Assembly (NCBI GenBank): GCA_015062535.1
Contig: SUUK01000005.1
Location: forward strand, 998-64,997
DNA from: Alphaproteobacteria bacterium
Lineage (GTDB): Bacteria; Pseudomonadota; Alphaproteobacteria; RF32; CAG-239
DNA: 64,000 nt
Direction: 5' to 3'
Of this stretch, positions 48,103-57,701 are shown one piece after another (position 1 is the stretch's first letter; each line of letters starts with the position of its first letter). The position numbers and the translations under genes were made by a program. The notes beneath the pieces are model-generated. The model searched no databases. It had not been told where the DNA came from and saw only the letters and a list, made by a program, of their open reading frames with translations.

Positions 48103-49473
48103 TTAATCAATTGATGTTGATAACCATTTTCCAGATGTTTCTTTATATTTATCATCTGCATCATATAAATCAACATTTAAATTCAAATCTTTAGCGGTTA
48201 ATTTACCCATTGCTTGAAGAAGTGCTAAACCTGAAACATAGTAATCATGACGAGTTGTTACTTCTTCTACTTCTGAATTGAGTAAATATTGATATTGGTT
48301 TAATACATCAAGCACTGTTCTGTTTCCAAGAGCCTGTTCCTCTCTTACACCATCTAAAGCAACTTGGTATGCTTTGATTTGTGATTTAACAGATTTGATT
48401 TTTGCTTTGTTTGCACTTAAATATTCCCAATAACTTGTGATATCTGAAAGAAGTTTATCTTCTGCATTTAGCAAATCTTCAGAGGCTTGTTTTTGGTAAT
48501 ACTTACTTTGACGAAGTTTTGCACGGCTTGCACCAGCATTGTATATTGGCATTGAGAAGTTTACACCAAATTCTACAGAATTGTTGGTTGGATTTTTATC
48601 ATATGCATAGTTTTCGTTTTTTAATCTACCAGCTGATGCATATGCATTAATTGATGGCAATAGGTCACCTCTTGATGTTTTTACATCATAATTTTTGGCT
48701 TTCAATGCGTGTTTTGCGGCAGATACAGAATAGTTGTGTGCTTTTGCATATTCCATAGCCTCTTGCATGCTATTTGGGAACATTTTTTCGATATCTTTTG
48801 GATCTATTATATCTTTTGGAGCAATTCCTATTACTTGAAGATATATTGCTTTTGATGCTTCTAGGTTGCCTTCTGCAGATATTCTTTGTGATTGAGCTGA
48901 TGCGTAACTTGCTTCGGCTTGTGATACGTCGGTTGTTGTAACCTCTCCTACTTTGAAACGTTCACGAGTTTCATCTAGTTCTTTTTTTAGTAATTTTTCA
49001 TTATTTTTTTGGAGTTTTACAATAGCTTCGTCACGTAAAACATCTAGGTATGCGATTGAGGCATTGAGCAAAACATTTTGTTCTGTTGCCATAAGGTTTG
49101 CCTTTGATGCTTTTACATAGCTTTTTGCTGAACTAACAGAATTTACTGTTTTTAAACCTGAAAACAAAGGTTGTGAAATTGTTGCAGATAGTGTTCTTGT
49201 GTAGCCATCTACTGGTTTTTGGTGAACACCATTTACTCTTGAGTTTGTGTTTACCTTGTTTTCTACATATGCGCCATCTATTGATAATGTTGGACGATAT
49301 CCTGATTTTGCAAGCGCTACATTTTCATCTACGGCACGAGATGCGGCTCTTGCTGATTTTAATACTGGATTGTTTTCGTATGCTTTGGCAAGTGCTGTTT
49401 CTAAAGTATCGGCATATGCAGGCATACTTGCTGTTAAAGCAACCAAAAGCGCTAATATACTGTTTTTTCTCAT
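48103..49473 (-). CDS. tolC: TolC-family outer membrane efflux protein
   Basis: Signal peptide (ILALLVALTASMPAYA) and two TolC repeat halves. Start set at MRKNS with SD agaggg; the track has a 9-codon extension. Confidence 0.8.
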   Translation of the reverse strand: MRKNSILALLVALTASMPAYADTLETALAKAYENNPVLKSARAASRAVDENVALAKSGYRPTLSIDGAYVENKVNTNSRVNGVHQKPVDGYTRTLSATISQPLFSGLKTVNSVSSAKSYVKASKANLMATEQNVLLNASIAYLDVLRDEAIVKLQKNNEKLLKKELDETRERFKVGEVTTTDVSQAEASYASAQSQRISAEGNLEASKAIYLQVIGIAPKDIIDPKDIEKMFPNSMQEAMEYAKAHNYSVSAAKHALKAKNYDVKTSRGDLLPSINAYASAGRLKNENYAYDKNPTNNSVEFGVNFSMPIYNAGASRAKLRQSKYYQKQASEDLLNAEDKLLSDITSYWEYLSANKAKIKSVKSQIKAYQVALDGVREEQALGNRTVLDVLNQYQYLLNSEVEEVTTRHDYYVSGLALLQAMGKLTAKDLNLNVDLYDADDKYKETSGKWLSTSID

Positions 49474-49657
49474 TTTTATACCCTCTATTTTGTGTAACAT
49501 GAAAAATATTTTTGCTTATTATATAGCTGATAATTGTTAAAAAAATATCAATCATTGTTTTTATTTTTTAAAATAATCTTATATTATTAACGAAAATTCA
49601 AACAATTTTGCTATAGTTTTGTGAATAGTAAAGTATGTTAATTTAAGGAGATGTATT

Positions 49658-52165
49658 TTGAAAAAAAGCAACTTAGAAATTACTGATGAAATTAAAAAGG
49701 CGCGTTTGAAGTTATCTATCGAACATTATATTAAATATTTTATTGGAAAAAGAACTTGCGAATTAACTAAGGAAGAAGCTTTATATGCTATTTCTTTGGC
49801 TGTTAGAGAATTTGCAATGGATGAAATGTATAAAACCATTGCTAGATACAATGAGCATTCTGCAAAAAGAGTTTACTATCTTTCTATTGAATATTTAATT
49901 GGTAGATCTCTTGAAAATAATCTTCATAACTTAGGGTTATTTGATTTATTAAAAGATATTAAACTTGATGATTTTCCTGATTTATCTTTAGAAGAGATTT
50001 TTGATACTGAATACGACCCTGCTCTTGGTAATGGTGGTCTTGGAAGATTGGCTGCTTGCTATCTTGACTCTATGGCTTCTTTAGGATTGCCTGGTTTTGG
50101 ATATGGTATTAACTACCAATTTGGTTTATTTAAACAAAAGTTTGAAAATGGATGGCAAGTTGAACAAGCTGATAACTGGTTTTCAGACTTCTCTCCTTGG
50201 GAATTAGCAAGACCTGAAAGACAAGTTACTATTCCATTATTTGGACATGTTGAAACATATAAAGATGCAACAGGTAGAGATACTTATGTTTGGGCAGGAA
50301 CTCATACTCTTTATGGTATTCCTTACGATTTTCCAATTGTTGGATATGATGGTAAATCTGTAAACTATTTAAGATTATTTTCTGCAAAAACTGACGAAGA
50401 ATTTGATTTGGATATCTTTAATAATGGTGGATACATTGAAGCGGTTGAAGATAAAATTAAAACAGAATCTATTTCTAAAGTGCTTTATCCTTCTGATGCA
50501 ATAGAATCTGGTAAAGCTTTACGCCTTTCTCAACAATACTTCTTCGTTTCTTGTGCTATTCAAGATATCTTTAGAAGATTTTTGGAAAAGAGTAATGACT
50601 TTGATAAATTGCCAGAATCTGTTTGTATTCAATTAAACGATACTCACCCTGCTCTTGCTATTGTTGAGATGATGAGATTGTTGCTTGATGTTTATGGTCA
50701 AGAATGGGATGATGCTTGGAGCATTGTTACAAAAGTATTTGCATACACTAACCACACTCTTCTTCCTGAAGCATTGGAAACATGGCCTGCAAAATACTTT
50801 GCTCATATGCTTCCTCGTCACCTTCAAATTATTTATGAAATCAACAGAAGATTTATGGAATTTGCTCGTGAAAAATTTGGTGAAAACAGCGAAAAACTTG
50901 CAACAGTTTCTATTGTTTCTGGCGAAGGCGATAACCAAATTATTCGTATGGCAAACCTATCTATCGTTGGTTCTTTCTCAGTTAATGGTGTGGCAAAAAT
51001 TCACTCTGAACTTATTAAGACATCTCTTGTTCCAGAGTTTTATGAATTATGGCCAGAGAAGTTTACAAATATTACAAATGGTATTACTCCTCGCCGTTGG
51101 TTGCTTCACGCAAATACAAACCTTGCGACACTTATTTCTGATAAAATTGGTAAAGATTGGATTGCAGATCTTGATTTGCTTCAAAACATTGAAAACTATG
51201 TTAATGATGCAGACTTTATCAAGAAATTTATCAAGATTAAGAAAGGTAATAAGGAAGTTTTGCGTCACGAAATATTTAAACGCACAAATGTAGCAATTAC
51301 TACTAATAGTATGTTTGTGGTTCAAGCTAAACGTATTCACGAGTATAAACGTCAATTGATGGCTATTTTACAAGTTATTGGTGAATATCTTGCTATTGTT
51401 CGTGATAATGTTAGACCAATTTGCCCTAAAACTTATATTTTTGCAGGTAAGGCTGCTCCTTCTTATACTTTTGCAAAACTAGTTATTAAACTTATTAATA
51501 ACGTTGCAAATGTAGTTAATAACGACTCTAGAGTTGGTGATGCATTGAAGGTTGTGTTTATTCCTGACTATAAGGTTTCTGTGGCTGAAGTATTAATCCC
51601 TGCTGCTGATGTTAGTTTACAAATATCTACCGCTGGTTTTGAAGCTTCTGGTACAGGTAACATGAAGTTTGCATTAAATGGTGCTATGACTGTTGGTACA
51701 TATGATGGTGCAAATATTGAAATTCGTGAAGCTGTTGGTGAAGATAACTTCTTCTTATTTGGATTAAAAGAAGACGAAATTCAAGCAATGCGTCCTACAT
51801 ATAATCCTAGGAAGATTTATGAAGAATCTGAGTATATTAAGCGTATTTTGAATGCGATTAACTCTAACATCTTCTGCGAAAAAGATATGCCTTCTTTGTT
51901 TAAGCCAATTTTTGATGAATTATTAAACAGAGATTACTTCTTTGTTTTAGCTGATTTAGAAGCATTTAATAAAGCTATGAAAGAGGCTGAAAAAGCTTAT
52001 TTGGATAAAGAAGAATGGGCTAAGAAGACTATCTATAATGTTGCTAGAATCGGATATTTCTCTAGTGATAGATCAGTTGATGAATATGCTAAGAAAATTT
52101 GGCATGTTTCTGGCACTTTTTCTAAGGCAGAGAAAATACCTTTTAAGCGTAAAAAATCTGCTTAA
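49658..52165 (+). CDS. glgP: glycogen/maltodextrin phosphorylase
   Basis: 835 aa with the PLP-Lys motif EASGTGNMKFALNGA and other GT35 motifs. Confidence 0.9.
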   Translation: MKKSNLEITDEIKKARLKLSIEHYIKYFIGKRTCELTKEEALYAISLAVREFAMDEMYKTIARYNEHSAKRVYYLSIEYLIGRSLENNLHNLGLFDLLKDIKLDDFPDLSLEEIFDTEYDPALGNGGLGRLAACYLDSMASLGLPGFGYGINYQFGLFKQKFENGWQVEQADNWFSDFSPWELARPERQVTIPLFGHVETYKDATGRDTYVWAGTHTLYGIPYDFPIVGYDGKSVNYLRLFSAKTDEEFDLDIFNNGGYIEAVEDKIKTESISKVLYPSDAIESGKALRLSQQYFFVSCAIQDIFRRFLEKSNDFDKLPESVCIQLNDTHPALAIVEMMRLLLDVYGQEWDDAWSIVTKVFAYTNHTLLPEALETWPAKYFAHMLPRHLQIIYEINRRFMEFAREKFGENSEKLATVSIVSGEGDNQIIRMANLSIVGSFSVNGVAKIHSELIKTSLVPEFYELWPEKFTNITNGITPRRWLLHANTNLATLISDKIGKDWIADLDLLQNIENYVNDADFIKKFIKIKKGNKEVLRHEIFKRTNVAITTNSMFVVQAKRIHEYKRQLMAILQVIGEYLAIVRDNVRPICPKTYIFAGKAAPSYTFAKLVIKLINNVANVVNNDSRVGDALKVVFIPDYKVSVAEVLIPAADVSLQISTAGFEASGTGNMKFALNGAMTVGTYDGANIEIREAVGEDNFFLFGLKEDEIQAMRPTYNPRKIYEESEYIKRILNAINSNIFCEKDMPSLFKPIFDELLNRDYFFVLADLEAFNKAMKEAEKAYLDKEEWAKKTIYNVARIGYFSSDRSVDEYAKKIWHVSGTFSKAEKIPFKRKKSA

Positions 52166-52178
52166 AATAACATACAAT

Positions 52179-52209
52179 AAAAAAGCTCTGAGAAATCAGA
52201 GCTTTTTTT
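52179..52209. terminator. bidirectional terminator aaaaaagctctga-gaaa-tcagagcttttttt
   Basis: Perfect 9-bp stem with A6 and T7 flanks, between glgP (+) and the convergent 52211 gene (-). Confidence 0.8.
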
Positions 52210-52210
52210 A

Positions 52211-53086
52211 TTAACGAAAAATCCAATCGTCTTTATCTCGCTGAGCTCTCGCACTTCGCCCTTTTTCAGAATCTTGCATTTCGAGGTGTTTTCTTGCATT
52301 ATATATTGCTTTTTCAAATTTTTCGAGTTCTTGCTCGGCTTCTCCTTTTTTTGTTAAATAAGCATCACCCATTCTTGCGCAAGAGTTTGCTATAGCCCTA
52401 TTTAGCTTGTATTTCATTCTATATTTGTTAGACCTTGAGTATTTCTTTTCTGACAAACAATCAACGATTGTTATGCTGTTTGAGAGTAACTCTAATTTTT
52501 CATCAGAATCGGGAAGGTTTCTTATTATATCTTCATTTTCCTTAAGCTTTTTGAAAAAATCTACTGCTGAATTAGAACAGCCTTCTTTTTTATCTTCTCT
52601 TAATCTTTTGTCTTTTGTTTTTGAGGCTTCTTTTTTTAGATAACATACAAGAGAAGCTTCTTCATTTAGTTCTCTTAACAATATTTCACCTTGATATTCT
52701 GGGAAACGTCTTTTTATATTTTTTTCAAGAACTCTAAATGTTGACTGATGTTCTTCTAGTATGTATGGACGATATTTATCTAAGCCTTTTAATATATCTC
52801 TGCATGATGACGCTCTTATTTCTTCTGGCTCTTTAGCATAGACATCAACAGAACGTCTATATTCATCTAGAAGCTCACAAAAATCCACTGCTTCTCTTAC
52901 TTCTCTAGCTGATGGAATTTCTTCATCTAAGAAGCTTAGTTGAGGTGAAGTTTTTACGTATTCCCAGTGTTTTTTTGAGAAAGCCTTAATATTTACACTT
53001 ACGTCCATATCTTTAAAATTATGGCTTTCTGAGATAGCTTCGCTTATTAGCGTATACATTTGTTTTGAGCTTATGTTTTCAGTCAT
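52211..53086 (-). CDS. hypothetical protein (291 aa), charged, Cys-containing, no motif recognised
   Basis: Long ORF with a bidirectional terminator at its 3' end. Confidence 0.55.
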   Translation of the reverse strand: MTENISSKQMYTLISEAISESHNFKDMDVSVNIKAFSKKHWEYVKTSPQLSFLDEEIPSAREVREAVDFCELLDEYRRSVDVYAKEPEEIRASSCRDILKGLDKYRPYILEEHQSTFRVLEKNIKRRFPEYQGEILLRELNEEASLVCYLKKEASKTKDKRLREDKKEGCSNSAVDFFKKLKENEDIIRNLPDSDEKLELLSNSITIVDCLSEKKYSRSNKYRMKYKLNRAIANSCARMGDAYLTKKGEAEQELEKFEKAIYNARKHLEMQDSEKGRSARAQRDKDDWIFR

Positions 53087-53179
53087 AAATAAACTCCTTA
53101 AATTAGTCTATAAGGAGATTATATCATAATTATTAACATAAAACAATAAAAAAATCCCCTCAAAATGAGGGGGTAATTT

Positions 53180-53611
53180 TTATTCTGCTTCTAAAATGAT
53201 ATTTCCGGTTTTTAGTAGAACTATTTTATCTAAAACCCATTTATTTATTTGTTTAATTTTATCACTTTCTACGTTCATTCTTTCTGCTATATCTATGATA
53301 AAATCGATTTCATCATCTTCTAGACCTGTGTCTGAGTTTGCCAAGAAGCATAATTCTTTTACTAAGTGTAATGCTTTTTTACGGTCTGTTATTGAGCCAG
53401 CTTTATCCATAATGGTTGCTTTATTTAGGTTTTGCAGAATACTTACAATTTCTTTTTCTTCAATACCATACATTTTACCAATGCTCTTTAAGAAATCGAT
53501 TTCTTCTTTTACAACTTTTTTATCGCTGTAAACCATGCAACAAAAACATTCTACAAAGATACGTTTTTCTTCTGAGGTTAAACCCTTAATATAATCATAT
53601 TCTTTATCCAT
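53180..53611 (-). CDS. small TerB-like/co-chaperone-like protein (143 aa)
   Basis: The resemblance to the TerB fold is loose (FVECFCCMVYSDKKVVKEEIDFL, acidic repeats). It has its own terminator hairpin, cccctcaaaatgaggggg, at 53152..53175. Confidence 0.4.
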   Translation of the reverse strand: MDKEYDYIKGLTSEEKRIFVECFCCMVYSDKKVVKEEIDFLKSIGKMYGIEEKEIVSILQNLNKATIMDKAGSITDRKKALHLVKELCFLANSDTGLEDDEIDFIIDIAERMNVESDKIKQINKWVLDKIVLLKTGNIILEAE

Positions 53612-53700
53612 TTGTTATCTCCTTTAATTACATATCTTGAATTATTGCTCTATTTATTTAAAATGAAGTTAAAATATTTGCATAAAAATGAACAAACAAT

Positions 53701-53745
53701 AAAAAAATAGTTGACGAGCAAAAAAACTTAATGTAAATAGTTTTG
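53701..53745 (+). promoter_or_regulatory. tRNA-Ser promoter TTGACG-17-TAAATA
   Basis: Hexamers with 17-nt spacing, about 10 nt upstream of the tRNA 5' end. Confidence 0.5.
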
Positions 53746-53751
53746 AGTTAC

Positions 53752-53839
53752 GGAGCGTTGGCAGAGTGGTAATGCAGCGGATTGCTAATCCGTCATCCTG
53801 AATAGGGATGCATAGGTTCGAGTCCTATACGCTCCGCCA
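53752..53839 (+). tRNA. tRNA-Ser (anticodon GCT), long variable arm, CCA encoded
   Basis: Acceptor ggagcgt/acgctcc, anticodon loop ttGCTaa, 18-nt variable arm, T-loop ttcgagt. Confidence 0.9.
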
Positions 53840-53841
53840 TT

Positions 53842-53872
53842 AAAAAGCAGTCTAAATTGACTGCTTTTTTTG
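53842..53872 (+). terminator. tRNA-Ser terminator aaaagcagtc-taaatt-gactgctttttt
   Basis: Perfect 8-bp stem plus T7. Confidence 0.8.
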
Positions 53873-54045
53873 TTTGTGAGCAGAATAATGTAAATAACTT
53901 AGACAAAAATGTTTACTTTAATTTAAGATTTTATATCGTATATTTGTGTTAGGAATTTTATTTTACATTCTTTTAAAATAAATATTGACAAAAAAGATTT
54001 TTAATGTCATCTATTATGTCAATAATAAGAAAGGAAAAAATAAGT

Positions 54046-54267
54046 ATGATTAAGACTACAATTAAGAACGAAACAAAGCGTAATGCTTTTGCAAAACTTG
54101 ATGCAAAAAAGATTGCGGGTGGGGTATGTACTACTAACAAAGTAGTAAATAATTTAGTTTTAGAAGGATATACATTATTGGCTAGCGGAGTTTGCTCTGA
54201 TATAAAAATTAAAAATAATGAGCTTGATAATGTTATCGTTTTTACAAAACATAGAGAAGTTGCTTAA
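54046..54267 (+). CDS. small Cys-containing hypothetical peptide (73 aa, MIKTTIKNETKRNAFAKLDAKKIAGGVCTTNK...)
   Basis: SD aaggaa before the ATG, a TTGACA promoter-like box upstream, and its own terminator at 54277..54306. Confidence 0.45.
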   Translation: MIKTTIKNETKRNAFAKLDAKKIAGGVCTTNKVVNNLVLEGYTLLASGVCSDIKIKNNELDNVIVFTKHREVA

Positions 54268-54276
54268 AAGTTTTAT

Positions 54277-54306
54277 AAAAAAACCCACTTAGTTGGGTTT
54301 TTATTT
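54277..54306 (+). terminator. terminator aaaaaaacccac-ttag-ttgggttttt
   Basis: Perfect stem plus T-run after the small ORF. Confidence 0.75.
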
Positions 54307-54393
54307 TATTATATTTATCAAAAATTGCTTGCAAAAATACATTGTTTATATAAACTCTTGGCAGAATTAAACTTAAAATTATAAAAGGAGAAT

Positions 54394-55434
54394 ATGATGC
54401 CTTTAGTTTCTATGCGTCAGATTTTAGACCATGCTGCTGAGAACAATTATGGTGTTCCAGCATTTAATATTAACGATATGGAGCAAATTATTGCTGTGTG
54501 TGAAGCGGCAAGAGAAGTTAATGCTCCTGTTATCATCCAAACATCAACTGGAGCTAGAAAGTTTGCTGGCGACCCAATGATTCGTCATATGATTCAAGCT
54601 GTTTTAGAAATGTATCCTGAACTTCCTATCTGTTTACACCAAGACCATGGCTCTTCTGTTGATGTTTGCCAATCTGCTTTGGTTAATGGATATTCTTCTG
54701 TAATGATGGATGGTTCTTTGGAAGCTGATGGTAAGACTCCTTCTTCTTTTGAATATAATGTTAAAGTTACTAAAGAAGTTGTTGCAAGAGCTCATGCTGT
54801 TGGCGCTTCTGTTGAAGGTGAATTAGGTGTTATTGGTAGCCTTGAAACAGGTAAAGGCGATAAAGAAGATGGTCACGGTGCTGAAGGCGTGATTGATAAA
54901 AAACGTTTAGTAACAGACCCTGATGAAGCAGAGCGTTTTGTTGCTGAAACAAATATTGATGCTTTAGCTGTTGCTGTTGGTACTTCTCATGGTGCTTATA
55001 AATTTACTCGTAAGCCTACTGGTGATATTTTGGCTATTGATGTAATTGAAAAAATTCATGCTAAACTTCCTAATACTCATATGGTTATGCATGGTTCTTC
55101 TTCAGTTCCTCAAGAATTGCAAGATATTATCAATGCTTATGGTGGTGCTATCCCTCAAACATTTGGTGTGCCAGTTGAAGAAATCGTTAGAGGTATTAAG
55201 TCTGGTGTTAGAAAAGTTAACGTTGATACAGACTGCAGAATGGCTATTACTGGCGCTATCAGAAAAGTATTTATGGAGAATCCAAAAGAATTTGACCCTC
55301 GTAAATATTTGAAGCCTGCTATTGAAGAAATGAAGAAGGTTTGTATTGACCGCTATGTAGCTTTTGGTGCGGCTGGTCAAGCTGATAAAATTAAGCCTGT
55401 TCCATTGTCAGTTATGGCTAAAAGATACGCTTAA
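54394..55434 (+). CDS. fba: class II fructose-bisphosphate aldolase
   Basis: 346 aa with class II FBA motifs ([12 protein letters not shown], Zn ligands). Confidence 0.9.
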   Translation: MMPLVSMRQILDHAAENNYGVPAFNINDMEQIIAVCEAAREVNAPVIIQTSTGARKFAGDPMIRHMIQAVLEMYPELPICLHQDHGSSVDVCQSALVNGYSSVMMDGSLEADGKTPSSFEYNVKVTKEVVARAHAVGASVEGELGVIGSLETGKGDKEDGHGAEGVIDKKRLVTDPDEAERFVAETNIDALAVAVGTSHGAYKFTRKPTGDILAIDVIEKIHAKLPNTHMVMHGSSSVPQELQDIINAYGGAIPQTFGVPVEEIVRGIKSGVRKVNVDTDCRMAITGAIRKVFMENPKEFDPRKYLKPAIEEMKKVCIDRYVAFGAAGQADKIKPVPLSVMAKRYA

Positions 55435-55487
55435 TTTTAAATAATTGTATAAAGAAAGAAGGCTCTAGGAAACTAGAGCCTTTGATT

Positions 55488-57443
55488 TTAAGCTATTTTT
55501 GAAAATAGTTTTTGTTTACTAATAATATCTTGTTTGGTTAGGCTTGATTTTAAGAATGGAGATGTTTCTATTAAATCAAGCGGAGTGCCGTCGCTTTCTA
55601 TTTGGCCATCTTTTATTACTATCACCCTATCTGCAAGAGCTATTTCTGTTGGATTGTGTGTTACAAGTAACACTGTTTTATTTTTTGCTTTTTCTTTTAG
55701 GGTTTTCATAATCTTAAAGCTTAACACTTGATCTAAACCAGTGGTTGGCTCATCTAATATCATTATTGGTCTATTGATTAAGAATATACGAGCAAGAGCT
55801 AAACGTTGACGTTGACCTCCTGATAGTGCGCGTCCGTCTTGTCCTATCCTATGGAATAAACCTTCTTTGAAGTTAGAAATATCTTCTGTAAGACCTGCAG
55901 AATCGAGAGCTTTATTTAATTCCTCAATACTTGCATTTTCTTTGAAATACTTTAAGTTATAGAGCAATGTTTGGTCAAAGAAGTGAACGTTTTGGTCAAC
56001 AAAGGCTATTTGTTTATTAATTTCTTCATCTTTTAAGGTTGTTAAATCCTTATTGCCTAATTTTATTAGACCTGATGTTAGCTCGTAGTCGTGACGAATT
56101 AAGCTCATCAAAGTTGTTTTACCCTCGCCTGATGTGCCGGCAATAACAGTTATTTTGCCAGAGTTAATTGTGGTTGAAATGCCTTTTATTACATCATTTC
56201 CACGTTCAACATCTTCTTTTTCTGCACCAAAGGTTGTTATATCTTTGATTTTTGGATAGGAAAAACGAACATCTTTTAAGGTTATAGTATTATCTTTTGT
56301 GGTTAGTTTTTGAGGACCTGTTTTTCGCTCTAGTGCAAGTGGGGTGTGCAATAATTTACTTGCATCTAAATAATTATTGCGTGCCTCTAATATATTTATA
56401 TATGTATAAGCATAACTTCTAAACCTCATCCTTATACTATTTGTTGCTGTGGCAATTAAAGAAAAACGACCGATATCTCCTGTTTCTATTATATCACGTA
56501 TTGCGAAAACACAAACTATTGAAGAAAACAACAAATCTGAAATTATTCTTAAAGTAGATTCATTCATTATTTTTAGATTAAATTCTTTTATTAGCACTTT
56601 AAATACTTTGTTATTACGACTTAAAATATTTTTATATTCTTTATTTTGCGATAAAGCGTCTTGAATAAGAGGAGAATTTTGCAATGTATCTCTATTTTGT
56701 TTATCGGTATGTGATTTTATTATTTGATTTTTTTGCATCACTACTCTTTTTATTTTTTGCATATATGATGATATTTCTATGTATAATATAGAAATAAAGG
56801 TAAATAGAACAACAAATTTTGCTGAAATAAAAAACAAACTAAACAATGCCATAAATGCAATAATAAATTCTCTAGTCACAGCTATTATATCTCTTAATAT
56901 GTTAGATATAGCTGTATTTAATCGTGATGAGATAGATGATAGTGTCGCAGGATTGTTTATTGTAAAAAATGCTCTGGGTTTATTTACAATGTTTATGTAA
57001 TTTGAAGCAAGATTGGTAGAAAGCACTGCTTCATTTAATTTTTGTTGATTATAAAATAATTTGGCTAAAAGAAATTCACCTAAAAAATCTCTTAACTTGC
57101 GTATAGAATAACATAATATAAAAATTAGTATTGCGCTTTTGCTACCTGTGGCAACGGCAGGTAACGCATTATATACAAGCATAGACGCTACGGGAATCAA
57201 TCCTTCTGCAACTCCTGACAAAAAACTTGTTAAAATATATTTATGAAAAATTGATTTGCATTGTGGTGATATTTCTTTATATGATTTTATAACTAATGAA
57301 AAAGATGATATTTCTTTGTCATCATCTTTTACATTTATTCTTTTTAAAAAGTTATAAAGTTTTATAATTCTCTCTTTCTCAAACTTTAAAAAACCTATAA
57401 AATTGTTTTTAGAGTTTAATTTTGATGATTTTGTGTGTGGCAT
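55488..57443 (-). CDS. ABC exporter, fused TMD-NBD (paralog A)
   Basis: N-terminal half has about 6 TM helices. The C-terminal NBD carries GTSGEGKTT, LSGGQRQR, ILDEPT and the H-loop. Its 3' ~850 bp is about 95% identical to paralog B. Confidence 0.85.
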   Translation of the reverse strand: MPHTKSSKLNSKNNFIGFLKFEKERIIKLYNFLKRINVKDDDKEISSFSLVIKSYKEISPQCKSIFHKYILTSFLSGVAEGLIPVASMLVYNALPAVATGSKSAILIFILCYSIRKLRDFLGEFLLAKLFYNQQKLNEAVLSTNLASNYINIVNKPRAFFTINNPATLSSISSRLNTAISNILRDIIAVTREFIIAFMALFSLFFISAKFVVLFTFISILYIEISSYMQKIKRVVMQKNQIIKSHTDKQNRDTLQNSPLIQDALSQNKEYKNILSRNNKVFKVLIKEFNLKIMNESTLRIISDLLFSSIVCVFAIRDIIETGDIGRFSLIATATNSIRMRFRSYAYTYINILEARNNYLDASKLLHTPLALERKTGPQKLTTKDNTITLKDVRFSYPKIKDITTFGAEKEDVERGNDVIKGISTTINSGKITVIAGTSGEGKTTLMSLIRHDYELTSGLIKLGNKDLTTLKDEEINKQIAFVDQNVHFFDQTLLYNLKYFKENASIEELNKALDSAGLTEDISNFKEGLFHRIGQDGRALSGGQRQRLALARIFLINRPIMILDEPTTGLDQVLSFKIMKTLKEKAKNKTVLLVTHNPTEIALADRVIVIKDGQIESDGTPLDLIETSPFLKSSLTKQDIISKQKLFSKIA

Positions 57444-57564
57444 AAAAATCCTTCCGTGAATTAGGGGTTAGCTAGCTAACAAAAACATAAGGCTTATTTT
57501 ATATAATATTTGGGATTATAAATTTATGTGTAGTCACTTTTTAATCTATCTATCTGATATTATA

Positions 57565-57670
57565 CAATAATTATTTTTGCATTTTTGTCTAATTGTTTGC
57601 TTGACTTTTTAATTGAACACTATATAATAAGTGTATCAAGAGGAGATAACTTCTCTTTTTTTTATTTTAA
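57565..57670. promoter_or_regulatory. conserved ~105-bp element, copy 1 (plus-strand TTGACT-16-TATAAT at 57601..57628, then hairpin caagaggag/cttctctt + T7)
   Basis: About 85% identical to 59822..59928. The consensus promoter faces opposite to the ABC genes and is followed within 10 nt by a terminator-like hairpin. Confidence 0.6.
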
Positions 57671-57700
57671 AAGGCCCAAGAAACATCTTGAGCCTTTTTT
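57669..57700 (-). terminator. terminator of ABC paralog B (ggcccaag/cttgagcc stem with A/T flanks)
   Basis: Hairpin immediately 3' of the stop at 57702. Confidence 0.6.
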
Positions 57701-57701
57701 G

